A DNA stretch of 32,000 nucleotides from Candidatus Poseidoniaceae archaeon (GTDB lineage: Archaea; Thermoplasmatota; Poseidoniia; Poseidoniales; Poseidoniaceae): the NCBI GenBank assembly GCA_943789275.1, contig CALSTM010000001.1, positions 510,001 to 542,000 of the forward strand. Reading direction: 5' to 3'. Within the stretch, counting starts at the first letter, position 1, and each line of letters starts with the position of its first letter. Below the pieces are notes generated by a model, which was given only the letters and a program-made list of their open reading frames with translations, was not told where the DNA came from and searched no databases. Position numbers and translations under genes: made by a program. Positions 8,828-16,047 of the stretch are shown piece by piece.

Positions 8828-10357
8828 ATGGGCAAAGGACCGAGTAAGGCCAAGCGTGGCATACCGTCAAAAGCTGACAATTTTACCGAATGGTATCCAT
8901 TCATGGTGGAGGCAGCCGAATTGGTGGACAAGCGGTACCCAATCAAAGGCATGGATGTTTGGAGACCTTACGGGTGGAAGACGATGAAACTCATCGACAG
9001 CCTAACTCATGCAGAGATGGAAAGGACCGAACACGAGGAAGTTCATTTCCCATTGCTCATTCCAGAAAACCTGTTGGAAAAAGAAAACGCTCTGGTTGCG
9101 CGACTCAAAAGGGCACGTGAAGAAGGGGTGGATCCCGATGACCTACGCGATGAGGACGAAGAGGGTGGCTTCAAGAAAGAAGTCTACTGGGTCAAACATG
9201 CTGGAGAAAATGAACTCGACATCCCTATGTTCTTGCGACCAACTTCTGAAACTGCAATGTACACCATGTTCCCACTTTGGATACGCTCCCACAAAGACCT
9301 ACCCTTGAAAGTCTACCAAATGGTCAATACCTTCCGGTACGAAACCAAGCAAACTCGCTCATTCATCCGGGTACGTGAAATTCACTTCTTCGAAGCTCAT
9401 ACTGCGCATGCCGACGAAGAAGACGCCTCACGTCAAATCGAGCAGGACCTTGAAATTGTGAACAACATCATGCACGACCTTTGCCTCCCAATCATCAAGG
9501 CAAAGCGTCCGGTCTGGGATACATTTCCTGGCGCATGGTACACCATTGGCATCGATGCAGTCATGCCAAATGGGAGGACCTTGCAAGTGGCTTCTTGCCA
9601 CCACTATAGAGATCAGTGGGCGAAGGCTTTCGACCTCTCTTACGAGAACTTAGAGGCAAAACAACAATTCTGCCACCAAACAACGTACGGTATGTCAGAA
9701 CGGCTCTTAGGTGCTGTTGTAGGTATGCACGGTGACGAAAACGGACTTATCATGCCTCCAGCAGTAGCACCCTTCCAAGTGGTCATATGCCCAATGATTC
9801 GTAAGAATTCAGAGGTCGATACGGTATCGGTTGCCAACGAAATGGCAACAACACTCCGAGCGAGCGGACTTCGAGTTAAAGTTGATGCTCGAGACATTCA
9901 TGCAGGGCAGAAGTACTACGATTGGGAAATCAAGGGCGTACCACTCCGACTAGATGTTGGTCCGCGAGATATTGCACAAGGTACTGCTTTTGCTGCCCGT
10001 AGAACTGGAGGTAAAGAGCCCATTCCAATGGAGGACCTCTCAAATGCATGTAAAACCATACTCGATGAAATTGCTGAAGAATTGCGAAAGCGTTCATCTG
10101 CCCACATGTCCGATGTCATACAACCGTTGCCTAATTTCACTGAGCAAGACGGAACTTGGGTCATGAACGGAGAAATCGAAGAGGGTAAAATCTACGAGAT
10201 TCCATTTGACGGCACCGATGCTCATGCTGAAGCCATAGAGCGTGCAACAAGCCTGACTTTCCTCGGGGATTCAACCGATGAATACGAAACTGAACAGCCT
10301 TGCCATATGAGCGGCAAAATGACCCGTCGCCGTGTGATTCTTGCCAAAACATACTGA
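8828..10357 (+). CDS. proS: Prolyl-tRNA synthetase, archaeal/eukaryotic type
   Basis: Class II motifs and ProRS strings: FTEWY...RYPIKG, LRPTSETAMY, VNTFRYETKQTRSFIRVREI, QTTYGMSERLLGAVVGMHGDENGLIMPP and the terminal ...ILAKTY with the conserved C-terminal Tyr. The start is uncertain: 8828 ATG is preferred, with 8801 ATG and 8786 TTG as alternatives. Confidence 0.92.
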   Translation: MGKGPSKAKRGIPSKADNFTEWYPFMVEAAELVDKRYPIKGMDVWRPYGWKTMKLIDSLTHAEMERTEHEEVHFPLLIPENLLEKENALVARLKRAREEGVDPDDLRDEDEEGGFKKEVYWVKHAGENELDIPMFLRPTSETAMYTMFPLWIRSHKDLPLKVYQMVNTFRYETKQTRSFIRVREIHFFEAHTAHADEEDASRQIEQDLEIVNNIMHDLCLPIIKAKRPVWDTFPGAWYTIGIDAVMPNGRTLQVASCHHYRDQWAKAFDLSYENLEAKQQFCHQTTYGMSERLLGAVVGMHGDENGLIMPPAVAPFQVVICPMIRKNSEVDTVSVANEMATTLRASGLRVKVDARDIHAGQKYYDWEIKGVPLRLDVGPRDIAQGTAFAARRTGGKEPIPMEDLSNACKTILDEIAEELRKRSSAHMSDVIQPLPNFTEQDGTWVMNGEIEEGKIYEIPFDGTDAHAEAIERATSLTFLGDSTDEYETEQPCHMSGKMTRRRVILAKTY

Positions 10358-10358
10358 G

Positions 10359-11030
10359 ATGGTGCTTGGAATGGTCATGGATGAATGGCTGGAAGTAATC
10401 GAACAAGACCATGAAGCCGCAGTCAATCGTTTGAATCAATCGCTGAATCTTAAGGGAGACGCATTGCTCGATCCAAATGTACCTCCGCATACATACGTAG
10501 GTGACATCGACAGTGTCCCACCTGGTGAATGTGTTCTTCTTTTGGGCATTAACCCGAAACGCAATTTTGATGAAAACTTCCAGAGAGTGAACATCAATTT
10601 GCCAATGGAATGCTTGCACAACTACCGAAATTCAGGAAAAGTGGTTGATTTAGAGAATTGGATTCAGTTTCAAAACCAATATTTCCTTCGAGAAGAAAGA
10701 AATCGTCGATACTTCAACAAATACGGTAGCTGGCTGGGTAAGCACTGGTTTACCGAAACTGCTTCGGACTTTTCTACTGCAGATTGGAAGCAAATGGTTT
10801 GCCACAGGCATTTGGTCGAAGTGGATACTGTTCAATACTTCTCACATAAAACTGGCCTTAACCCAGAACACCTCGCCGACCTTATTCAGACGGACCCCGC
10901 TCTTGGTGCGAACATGCGGTTGATTGAAGCAATCATTAAGAAAATCAAGCCTAAATGGGTACAAGTTACTGGAAAGTCAGGGTGGGTGATTATCGAAACA
11001 ATGCTGTACATCAACGGGATGCGAGAGTAA
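10359..11030 (+). CDS. Hypothetical protein translationally coupled to proS
   Basis: The ATG lies 1 nt after the proS TGA. The 223-aa product belongs to no family I can name securely. It contains VLLLGINPKRN and YFSHKTGLNPE, which loosely recall uracil-DNA-glycosylase-superfamily motifs, but only weakly. Its 3' end overlaps the convergent actin-like gene by 20 nt. Confidence 0.55.
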   Translation: MVLGMVMDEWLEVIEQDHEAAVNRLNQSLNLKGDALLDPNVPPHTYVGDIDSVPPGECVLLLGINPKRNFDENFQRVNINLPMECLHNYRNSGKVVDLENWIQFQNQYFLREERNRRYFNKYGSWLGKHWFTETASDFSTADWKQMVCHRHLVEVDTVQYFSHKTGLNPEHLADLIQTDPALGANMRLIEAIIKKIKPKWVQVTGKSGWVIIETMLYINGMRE

Positions 11031-12036
11031 GGTTCTTCCACATCTCTTCTGGAACTTCCATAGCAAGTCGTAGACCTCCCATAGCACCCAATCGAACAGG
11101 GTCGTCTACCACGTGTACATTGACATCGCCCATATCTGAAAGTTTACGCTCAATCATAGCGCCAAGGCCTTTGATTCCAGAACCGCCACCTGCGAGTACC
11201 ATGTTTCGACGGAATTGGTCGTGATATTCAGGGTTGGAACCAGAAATCAATTCCTTAACATTCTCGACAATCGGATCAACAATCGATTCACATGCTCGTT
11301 GAATGCAATCGGTGATGTCAAGATTCATGGCTTTGCCTTCAATTGAGAAGTCAACCATAACTGGTTCGTCAGGGGATGCTGTTCCTACAAAGGAATACTG
11401 TTCCTTCCATCGTCGTGCCATATCCTTGGTGATTTGTGCACCGCTGTACTTGGATTGAACTTCTTCGATGATTTTTCGGTCAACAAAATCACCTGCGTGA
11501 CCGGTGTGCATTTGGTCGCCAGGACCCGGGATTGTACCGTAAACTCGGCAAAGGTCAGCAGTTCCTGCACCAATATCGATAACGAGTGTGTGTTCAATCA
11601 TGTCCAGAGCGTATGCCACAGCGAAAGGTTCGGAGATAATCATAGCAGCGTTAACTGAACCTGCTGCTGCATCAAAAATTGCGGTCTTGTCGACGTAACT
11701 TGCTTCAGCAGGAGCACCAATGACAGCGACGACGCGGTCGTAGTCTTCTGGGTCTGAAAGTCCAATCAGGTGGGTGATGAAGTGTGCAATGAATTCACGG
11801 TCTTCTTGCGTGTCTTTGATAACACCAAGTTCGAGCGGCCGGAAAAGGTTGAGCGCGAGTCGGTTTTTGAGAGCTTCTTCGCCAAACAAAACATCACGCT
11901 TGAGGAAATTACGGGCAATCGGATCTTTCGGAGTACCGATTACGGTCAACTCTTCAACTTCGTGGCTGTCGGATGAAACCATAACCGAACGGAAGGTTCC
12001 CAAATCAATTCCAATATACAATACGTCTTCTGCCAT
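11011..12036 (-). CDS. Actin-fold ATPase, MamK-like (MreB/MamK clade)
   Basis: Actin-fold motifs IGIDLGT (phosphate 1), LVIDIGAGTADLC (phosphate 2) and LAGGGSGIKGL (adenosine). Long collinear strings also resemble MamK as I remember it: GTPKD, GTIPGPGDQ, KEQYSFVG, NPEY and GDVNV..DDP...GAMGGLRLAMEVPEEMWKNL. The track start at 12045 is a TTG, so I prefer the ATG at 12036. Confidence 0.8.
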   Translation of the reverse strand: MAEDVLYIGIDLGTFRSVMVSSDSHEVEELTVIGTPKDPIARNFLKRDVLFGEEALKNRLALNLFRPLELGVIKDTQEDREFIAHFITHLIGLSDPEDYDRVVAVIGAPAEASYVDKTAIFDAAAGSVNAAMIISEPFAVAYALDMIEHTLVIDIGAGTADLCRVYGTIPGPGDQMHTGHAGDFVDRKIIEEVQSKYSGAQITKDMARRWKEQYSFVGTASPDEPVMVDFSIEGKAMNLDITDCIQRACESIVDPIVENVKELISGSNPEYHDQFRRNMVLAGGGSGIKGLGAMIERKLSDMGDVNVHVVDDPVRLGAMGGLRLAMEVPEEMWKNLTLASR

Positions 12037-12093
12037 GGCACTCAACTATCCTTGCCATTGTGAACTACCTTATGAAGGATGCCACACACATGG

Positions 12094-12116
12094 AAAAACA
12101 CAAGTGGAGTGAAAAA
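12094..12116 (-). terminator. Two T5 tracts (minus strand) in the spacer between the twin-zinc-ribbon gene and the actin-like gene. Candidate archaeal oligo-T terminator
   Basis: The plus strand shows aaaaa at 12094-12098 and 12112-12116, which read as TTTTT on the coding strand downstream of the TAA at 12148-12150. Archaeal intrinsic termination uses oligo-T runs. There is no direct evidence of termination here. Confidence 0.25.
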
Positions 12117-12147
12117 TACAATATTCGTGACGTATGAGTTGAAGAAA

Positions 12148-13164
12148 TTAGCACCATTCTTCACAAGGTTGACAATACCATGCAGCATATTCAGGATAAA
12201 GACGAGCCATTGAACCGCATGATGTACATTCTTTCAGCGTGTTCTCGCCGCACATTTCCAGAACCATTTGGACATGGTAAACATCGTCGATACCGAGTTG
12301 TTGACGCATCGACCAAAGCAGTTGGTCTTCGCTCGGAGAAATGATGCCGTCTTCCAAAACCAGTTCAACAATACTGCGGTAGTCTTCGAAATCTTGTAGG
12401 TTTCGTGCGTCTAAAATGACGCCGTTTTTCTCTGCGACAATATCCGTGCCACCTGGGTCGTCAACAAACAACACCAGAGATTCTGCCTTCAAATCTTCAC
12501 TGCGAAGTTCAAATGAAATTCGAGTACCTTCGAGATTTGCGTAAACTAAATTGGAATTGCTGTTAATGACATTCGTAATTGAACGAGCGGTATTGGCTGC
12601 TGAAGAACCTCGCCTCCAACCGTATGGGTCGGAGACATTGAAGCAATAGAATTCGGTTCCCTTTCCGGGATATTCAAGACGTATTTCTTCTCCACCATCA
12701 AACCCATTCGCAACAATCGTGAGTGCTGCAACTTCAGTTGAGACGATGTTATCATCGTCATCAAAACTAATCATGAGTGGTTTTCGTTCTTCTTTGGCCG
12801 TGTTGTAATGCCCTTTCATGCCGGACATCCACTTGTCTTCCAGTCGAGCAAGGGATGCTTCCTGTTCTTCGGACAAACCGCTTTCGACGCCGAGTACACC
12901 CGCAAGACTGCCACTCTCAATTTCCTTGCGGAACTCTTCAATTTTGGCCTGGTCTTGATGATATGTTGGAATGTCAACAGGCCCAGATGATTCAACATAA
13001 TCTGGATCTATCCATTCGTGTTGGCAAGCAACACAGCTCAAGTAACCGTTCATTGTTGATGGTTGAGATTCTCCACCACATCTCGGACAATCTCCACCCT
13101 CGGTAAAAGCGAGGTTGTCAACGGCCTCGCGTCGTCCTTTGCGTATGTTCCCAAAGCCCGCCAT
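12148..13164 (-). CDS. Hypothetical acidic protein bracketed by two CxxC-x14-CxxC zinc ribbons
   Basis: A 338-aa ORF from the ATG at 13164 (the track gives a longer start at 13221). The N-terminal ribbon is CPRC-x14-CVAC and the C-terminal ribbon is CTSC-x14-CQPC. The central region is acidic and unrecognised. A DGIISPSEDQLLWSMRQQLGI segment recalls TerB-like helical repeats, but only weakly. Confidence 0.6.
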   Translation of the reverse strand: MAGFGNIRKGRREAVDNLAFTEGGDCPRCGGESQPSTMNGYLSCVACQHEWIDPDYVESSGPVDIPTYHQDQAKIEEFRKEIESGSLAGVLGVESGLSEEQEASLARLEDKWMSGMKGHYNTAKEERKPLMISFDDDDNIVSTEVAALTIVANGFDGGEEIRLEYPGKGTEFYCFNVSDPYGWRRGSSAANTARSITNVINSNSNLVYANLEGTRISFELRSEDLKAESLVLFVDDPGGTDIVAEKNGVILDARNLQDFEDYRSIVELVLEDGIISPSEDQLLWSMRQQLGIDDVYHVQMVLEMCGENTLKECTSCGSMARLYPEYAAWYCQPCEEWC

Positions 13165-13225
13165 GAATAACCCACAACTATGGCTTTCTATCAAGGCTTT
13201 GGAGAAGCATGGTGAAAACACCCGT

Positions 13226-14077
13226 TCAATTAAGCGAAGGGATTGCTTTGAGTCCGTACCGAATCAAGCCTTCTTGTGCATAGATCCGTCGAACGCCGAA
13301 CTCAACTTGATCGCCGATAGTTGGAGAATAATCAACATCATCGCAGACCAAAAAAACGCCTCTCGGGCCTTCATCGAACTTAACGAGAAGCGTTTGAATA
13401 CCGCCGAGAATCGGAGCACGAAGTGAGAATTCCGAAGGAGCGCCAGCAGCACTTAATTTCGTCCAAGATTCAACGGTCGCCCTATCGGAGAGAAGACCTT
13501 CCTCACGAGGAAGACGGTTTCCAGAAGAATCCATTTGACGAGGTGGCCAAATGATTTGGCCCTCAAAACTTTGAGATGCCAAGGAAAGCCTTGCAGTTCC
13601 CCCCTCCAGATATTGAGATTGTGAGACATAGGCTCCCTGAGAAACATGTTGCTTCGAACATTCATGCTCCCAAGCGGCATTCATATCGTTGAACAAGTCA
13701 TCATCCATGATTTCAGTCCCAGTTGGTTCATCAAACTCAAAGTGTTCAGCGTCCGACTGAGAAAGAACCAGCGTCGCTTCTTCACCTTCAATAACCTGCC
13801 AGTCTACCGTTGCAGTGGGCAATTCTTCATTCCGTTGGGGTGAGTCAACTGATGTCGACATGAAGATCACTTTTGCATCAATAGATTCAGTCAAATGAAT
13901 TGCTGTGATGTGATGACCTTGGTTTTGCAGATACTGAATGCCAGCAACAGCCATCGTCGTCGAATCACTGTCAGGGCCATAGACTGTACAATCATTGTGG
14001 ATGTACGGCGATTGCAGGAGCAGAGAGTCGTTCGAATACGAAATCAAGTATCCTTTCCATTGGGATGAGTCACTCAT
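13226..14077 (-). CDS. DUF35/OB-fold protein (thiolase-HMGCS scaffold family) with an unknown ~145-aa N-terminal extension and no zinc-ribbon cysteines
   Basis: The C-terminal ~110 aa (WPPR...GTVESWTKL...LVKFDEGPRGVFLV.DD...IGDQVEF..RRIY.QEGLIRYGLKAIP) match the DUF35 OB-fold pattern. The ATG at 14077 overlaps the thiolase stop by 8 nt. I rejected the longer track start at 14353 because it would lie inside the thiolase gene. Confidence 0.7.
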   Translation of the reverse strand: MSDSSQWKGYLISYSNDSLLLQSPYIHNDCTVYGPDSDSTTMAVAGIQYLQNQGHHITAIHLTESIDAKVIFMSTSVDSPQRNEELPTATVDWQVIEGEEATLVLSQSDAEHFEFDEPTGTEIMDDDLFNDMNAAWEHECSKQHVSQGAYVSQSQYLEGGTARLSLASQSFEGQIIWPPRQMDSSGNRLPREEGLLSDRATVESWTKLSAAGAPSEFSLRAPILGGIQTLLVKFDEGPRGVFLVCDDVDYSPTIGDQVEFGVRRIYAQEGLIRYGLKAIPSLN

Positions 14078-15245
14078 TTCGATCCCTCCCAAAGACATGC
14101 ACAGCACATGTTGCACCAGAACCGCCAACGTTGTGTGTAATTCCAATTTGAGCATCACGAACTTGTCGCTCAGATTCAACTGAACCTCGCAGTTGCTTGA
14201 ACACTTCAACTGCTTGTCCCGTTCCAGTAGCACCGAGTGGATGACCTTTCGATTTGAGACCGCCGCTCGGATTAATGCAGACAGAACCTTCGTTACGAAT
14301 GCCTCGCCCATCTCGTGCGAACATACCTCCTTGGCCCGACTCAGCAAAGCCAAGGTCTTCGGTTGCTATCATTTCAGCGACCGTAAAACAATCGTGCACT
14401 TCAGCCAAATCCACATCAGTGGCAGTGATACCTGCAGCAGAATACGCTGATTTCGAAGCCTTTTGCGTGGCGACCAATTGTGTGATTGAAGGTCGGTCAT
14501 GCAATGCAAGACGGTCAGAACCAGCCCCAGAAGAACGTAGCCATACAGGGTCATCGGTAAATTGTCGAACAACATGGTCTGCTGCCAAAATCACACATGA
14601 TGCCCCGTCGGAAGTTGGGCAACAATCGTAGAGAGTGAGTGGGTCTGCAACCATGAATCCACTTGCAGCTTTTTCAAAAGAGACTTGCTTTTGAAGATGT
14701 GCCTGTTGGTTTTCAAATCCATGCATGTGATTTTTAACGCTGATGTGAACCAAATCATCGTGTGTTGATCGGTGCTCGTGAAAATGTCTTCGAGCCATAA
14801 GTGCATATGTTCCAGGGAAAGTCAGACCAGCCAACCGCTCCCATTCCGTATCGCCAGAAACCCCGAGCCAGAATCGCTTGCGCTCTGGTGAAAGGTCGTT
14901 CATTTTTTCAATTCCACCGGCAACTACGACATCAGCTTGGCCACTTTTGATGGCCATCCAAGCATCTCGGAGGGCAAACCCAGATGATGCACATGCATTC
15001 TCCACTCGGCGCACAGGGACACCTTCCATACCAGAATGTTCGGTCAAGAGGGCTGCAGTGTTGCCAAGTTGGCCACCGCCGAAAGCAACACTACCGATGA
15101 AGGCTTCATCCACTTGCCGAGGATCAAAATCTTGGTCAACACTGGCAAATGCGTTCTCTGCGGCTTCCGCCCACATACCTTTGAGGCCGAGCTGATGGTT
15201 ACCGTACTTGGTTTGACCCGCACCGATGACTGCTACATCAACCAT
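14070..15245 (-). CDS. Thiolase (archaeal acetyl-CoA C-acetyltransferase, SCP-x-like class)
   Basis: MVDVAVIGAGQTKYG, VENACASSG (nucleophilic Cys), NPSGGLKSKGHPLGATG and HNVGGSG. I trimmed the start from the track's 15563 to the ATG at 15245, where the conserved N-terminus begins. Confidence 0.88.
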   Translation of the reverse strand: MVDVAVIGAGQTKYGNHQLGLKGMWAEAAENAFASVDQDFDPRQVDEAFIGSVAFGGGQLGNTAALLTEHSGMEGVPVRRVENACASSGFALRDAWMAIKSGQADVVVAGGIEKMNDLSPERKRFWLGVSGDTEWERLAGLTFPGTYALMARRHFHEHRSTHDDLVHISVKNHMHGFENQQAHLQKQVSFEKAASGFMVADPLTLYDCCPTSDGASCVILAADHVVRQFTDDPVWLRSSGAGSDRLALHDRPSITQLVATQKASKSAYSAAGITATDVDLAEVHDCFTVAEMIATEDLGFAESGQGGMFARDGRGIRNEGSVCINPSGGLKSKGHPLGATGTGQAVEVFKQLRGSVESERQVRDAQIGITHNVGGSGATCAVHVFGRDRNE

Positions 15246-15351
15246 GACAAGCCGAGGAAGAACAAGCATTTGATTAAGTCGGTCCTTTTTCAACCCGAAA
15301 CCGTACGAAGCACCCGTAGAGTCTAAGAACGCGCCGTTCCCCGCTACAAAC

Positions 15352-16047
15352 ATGCTCAGACAATGCAGAGCCCACGGACACTTCAAAGGTGCCAATTGCC
15401 CGACCTGTAACGAAGAAGGAAAATTCATCATGAGTGACCGGGAATCGAACTCCCTCGGTCGTATGCTTGCATTGGTTCTTCGACACGCACCAGAAAAGTT
15501 CAATGTTGAAATGGACATCAACGGCTGGGTTAACGCTCGCGAACTCTCAGAATCCATCTCCAAACAACGTCGCCACTACCATTGGCTTCGTGGATGGCAC
15601 TTTGCAGCCATCGCAAACGCTGACGATAAGGGGAGATACCAAGTTGAAGGCGACATGCTGCGTGCAACCTACGGGCATTCCATTGAATTGGAACTCGACC
15701 TTCCAACCGACCAAATCCCGGAAGCTTTGTACTGGCCGTGTGAAGAAGGCCAAGTAGAGACAACAATGGAACTCGGAATCACAGCAGGCGACCGAAAGCA
15801 CATACACCTCTCTCGAAGCATTTCAAACGCTATGGAGGCCGGACACGTCCGAATTCATCGACCAACAATTCTCGAAGTCGATACCGTTCGTGCAATCGCT
15901 GATGGACACATCATTTACCGTGCAGGTAAAACGGTGTTCCTTGTTGACGAAATGCCTGGTGAATACCTCTACAAACTCGAAGATGACGACCCAATGATTC
16001 TGGAAATCGTCGCTCAATGGGAACTTGAAGAGCAAGAAGAAGAGTGA
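15352..16047 (+). CDS. kptA: RNA 2'-phosphotransferase, Tpt1/KptA family, with an N-terminal zinc knuckle
   Basis: LGRMLALVLRHAPEKFNVEMDINGWV, LRATYGHSI and IHLSRSISNA fit the Tpt1/KptA core. The N-terminal CRAHGHFKGANCPTC is a C-H-C-C knuckle. Confidence 0.8.
   Translation: MLRQCRAHGHFKGANCPTCNEEGKFIMSDRESNSLGRMLALVLRHAPEKFNVEMDINGWVNARELSESISKQRRHYHWLRGWHFAAIANADDKGRYQVEGDMLRATYGHSIELELDLPTDQIPEALYWPCEEGQVETTMELGITAGDRKHIHLSRSISNAMEAGHVRIHRPTILEVDTVRAIADGHIIYRAGKTVFLVDEMPGEYLYKLEDDDPMILEIVAQWELEEQEEE

Noticed and set aside
11011-12036. Idea that a MamK-like gene signals a magnetosome island
   Set aside because: There are no other magnetosome genes in the 32 kb, such as mamA/B/I/L/M/O-like cation-diffusion facilitators, HtrA proteases or small Mam proteins. 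The neighbours are housekeeping genes.
14078-14353. Long N-terminal version of the DUF35 ORF (track start 14353)
   Set aside because: The extra 92 codons lie entirely inside the thiolase coding region in another frame. The ATG at 14077 gives the classic short stop/start overlap instead.
15433-15458. tRNA T-arm-like string (GGGAGTTCGATTCCC on the minus strand)
   Set aside because: The stem cannot close properly, and I found no flanking acceptor, D or anticodon arms. The string lies inside the well-supported kptA coding frame (SDRESNSLGR).
15246-15563. Long N-terminal version of the thiolase ORF (track start 15563)
   Set aside because: The conserved thiolase N-terminus (MVDVAVIGAGQTKYG) begins at 15245. 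The upstream 106 codons would run through the divergent promoter region and into kptA on the opposite strand.
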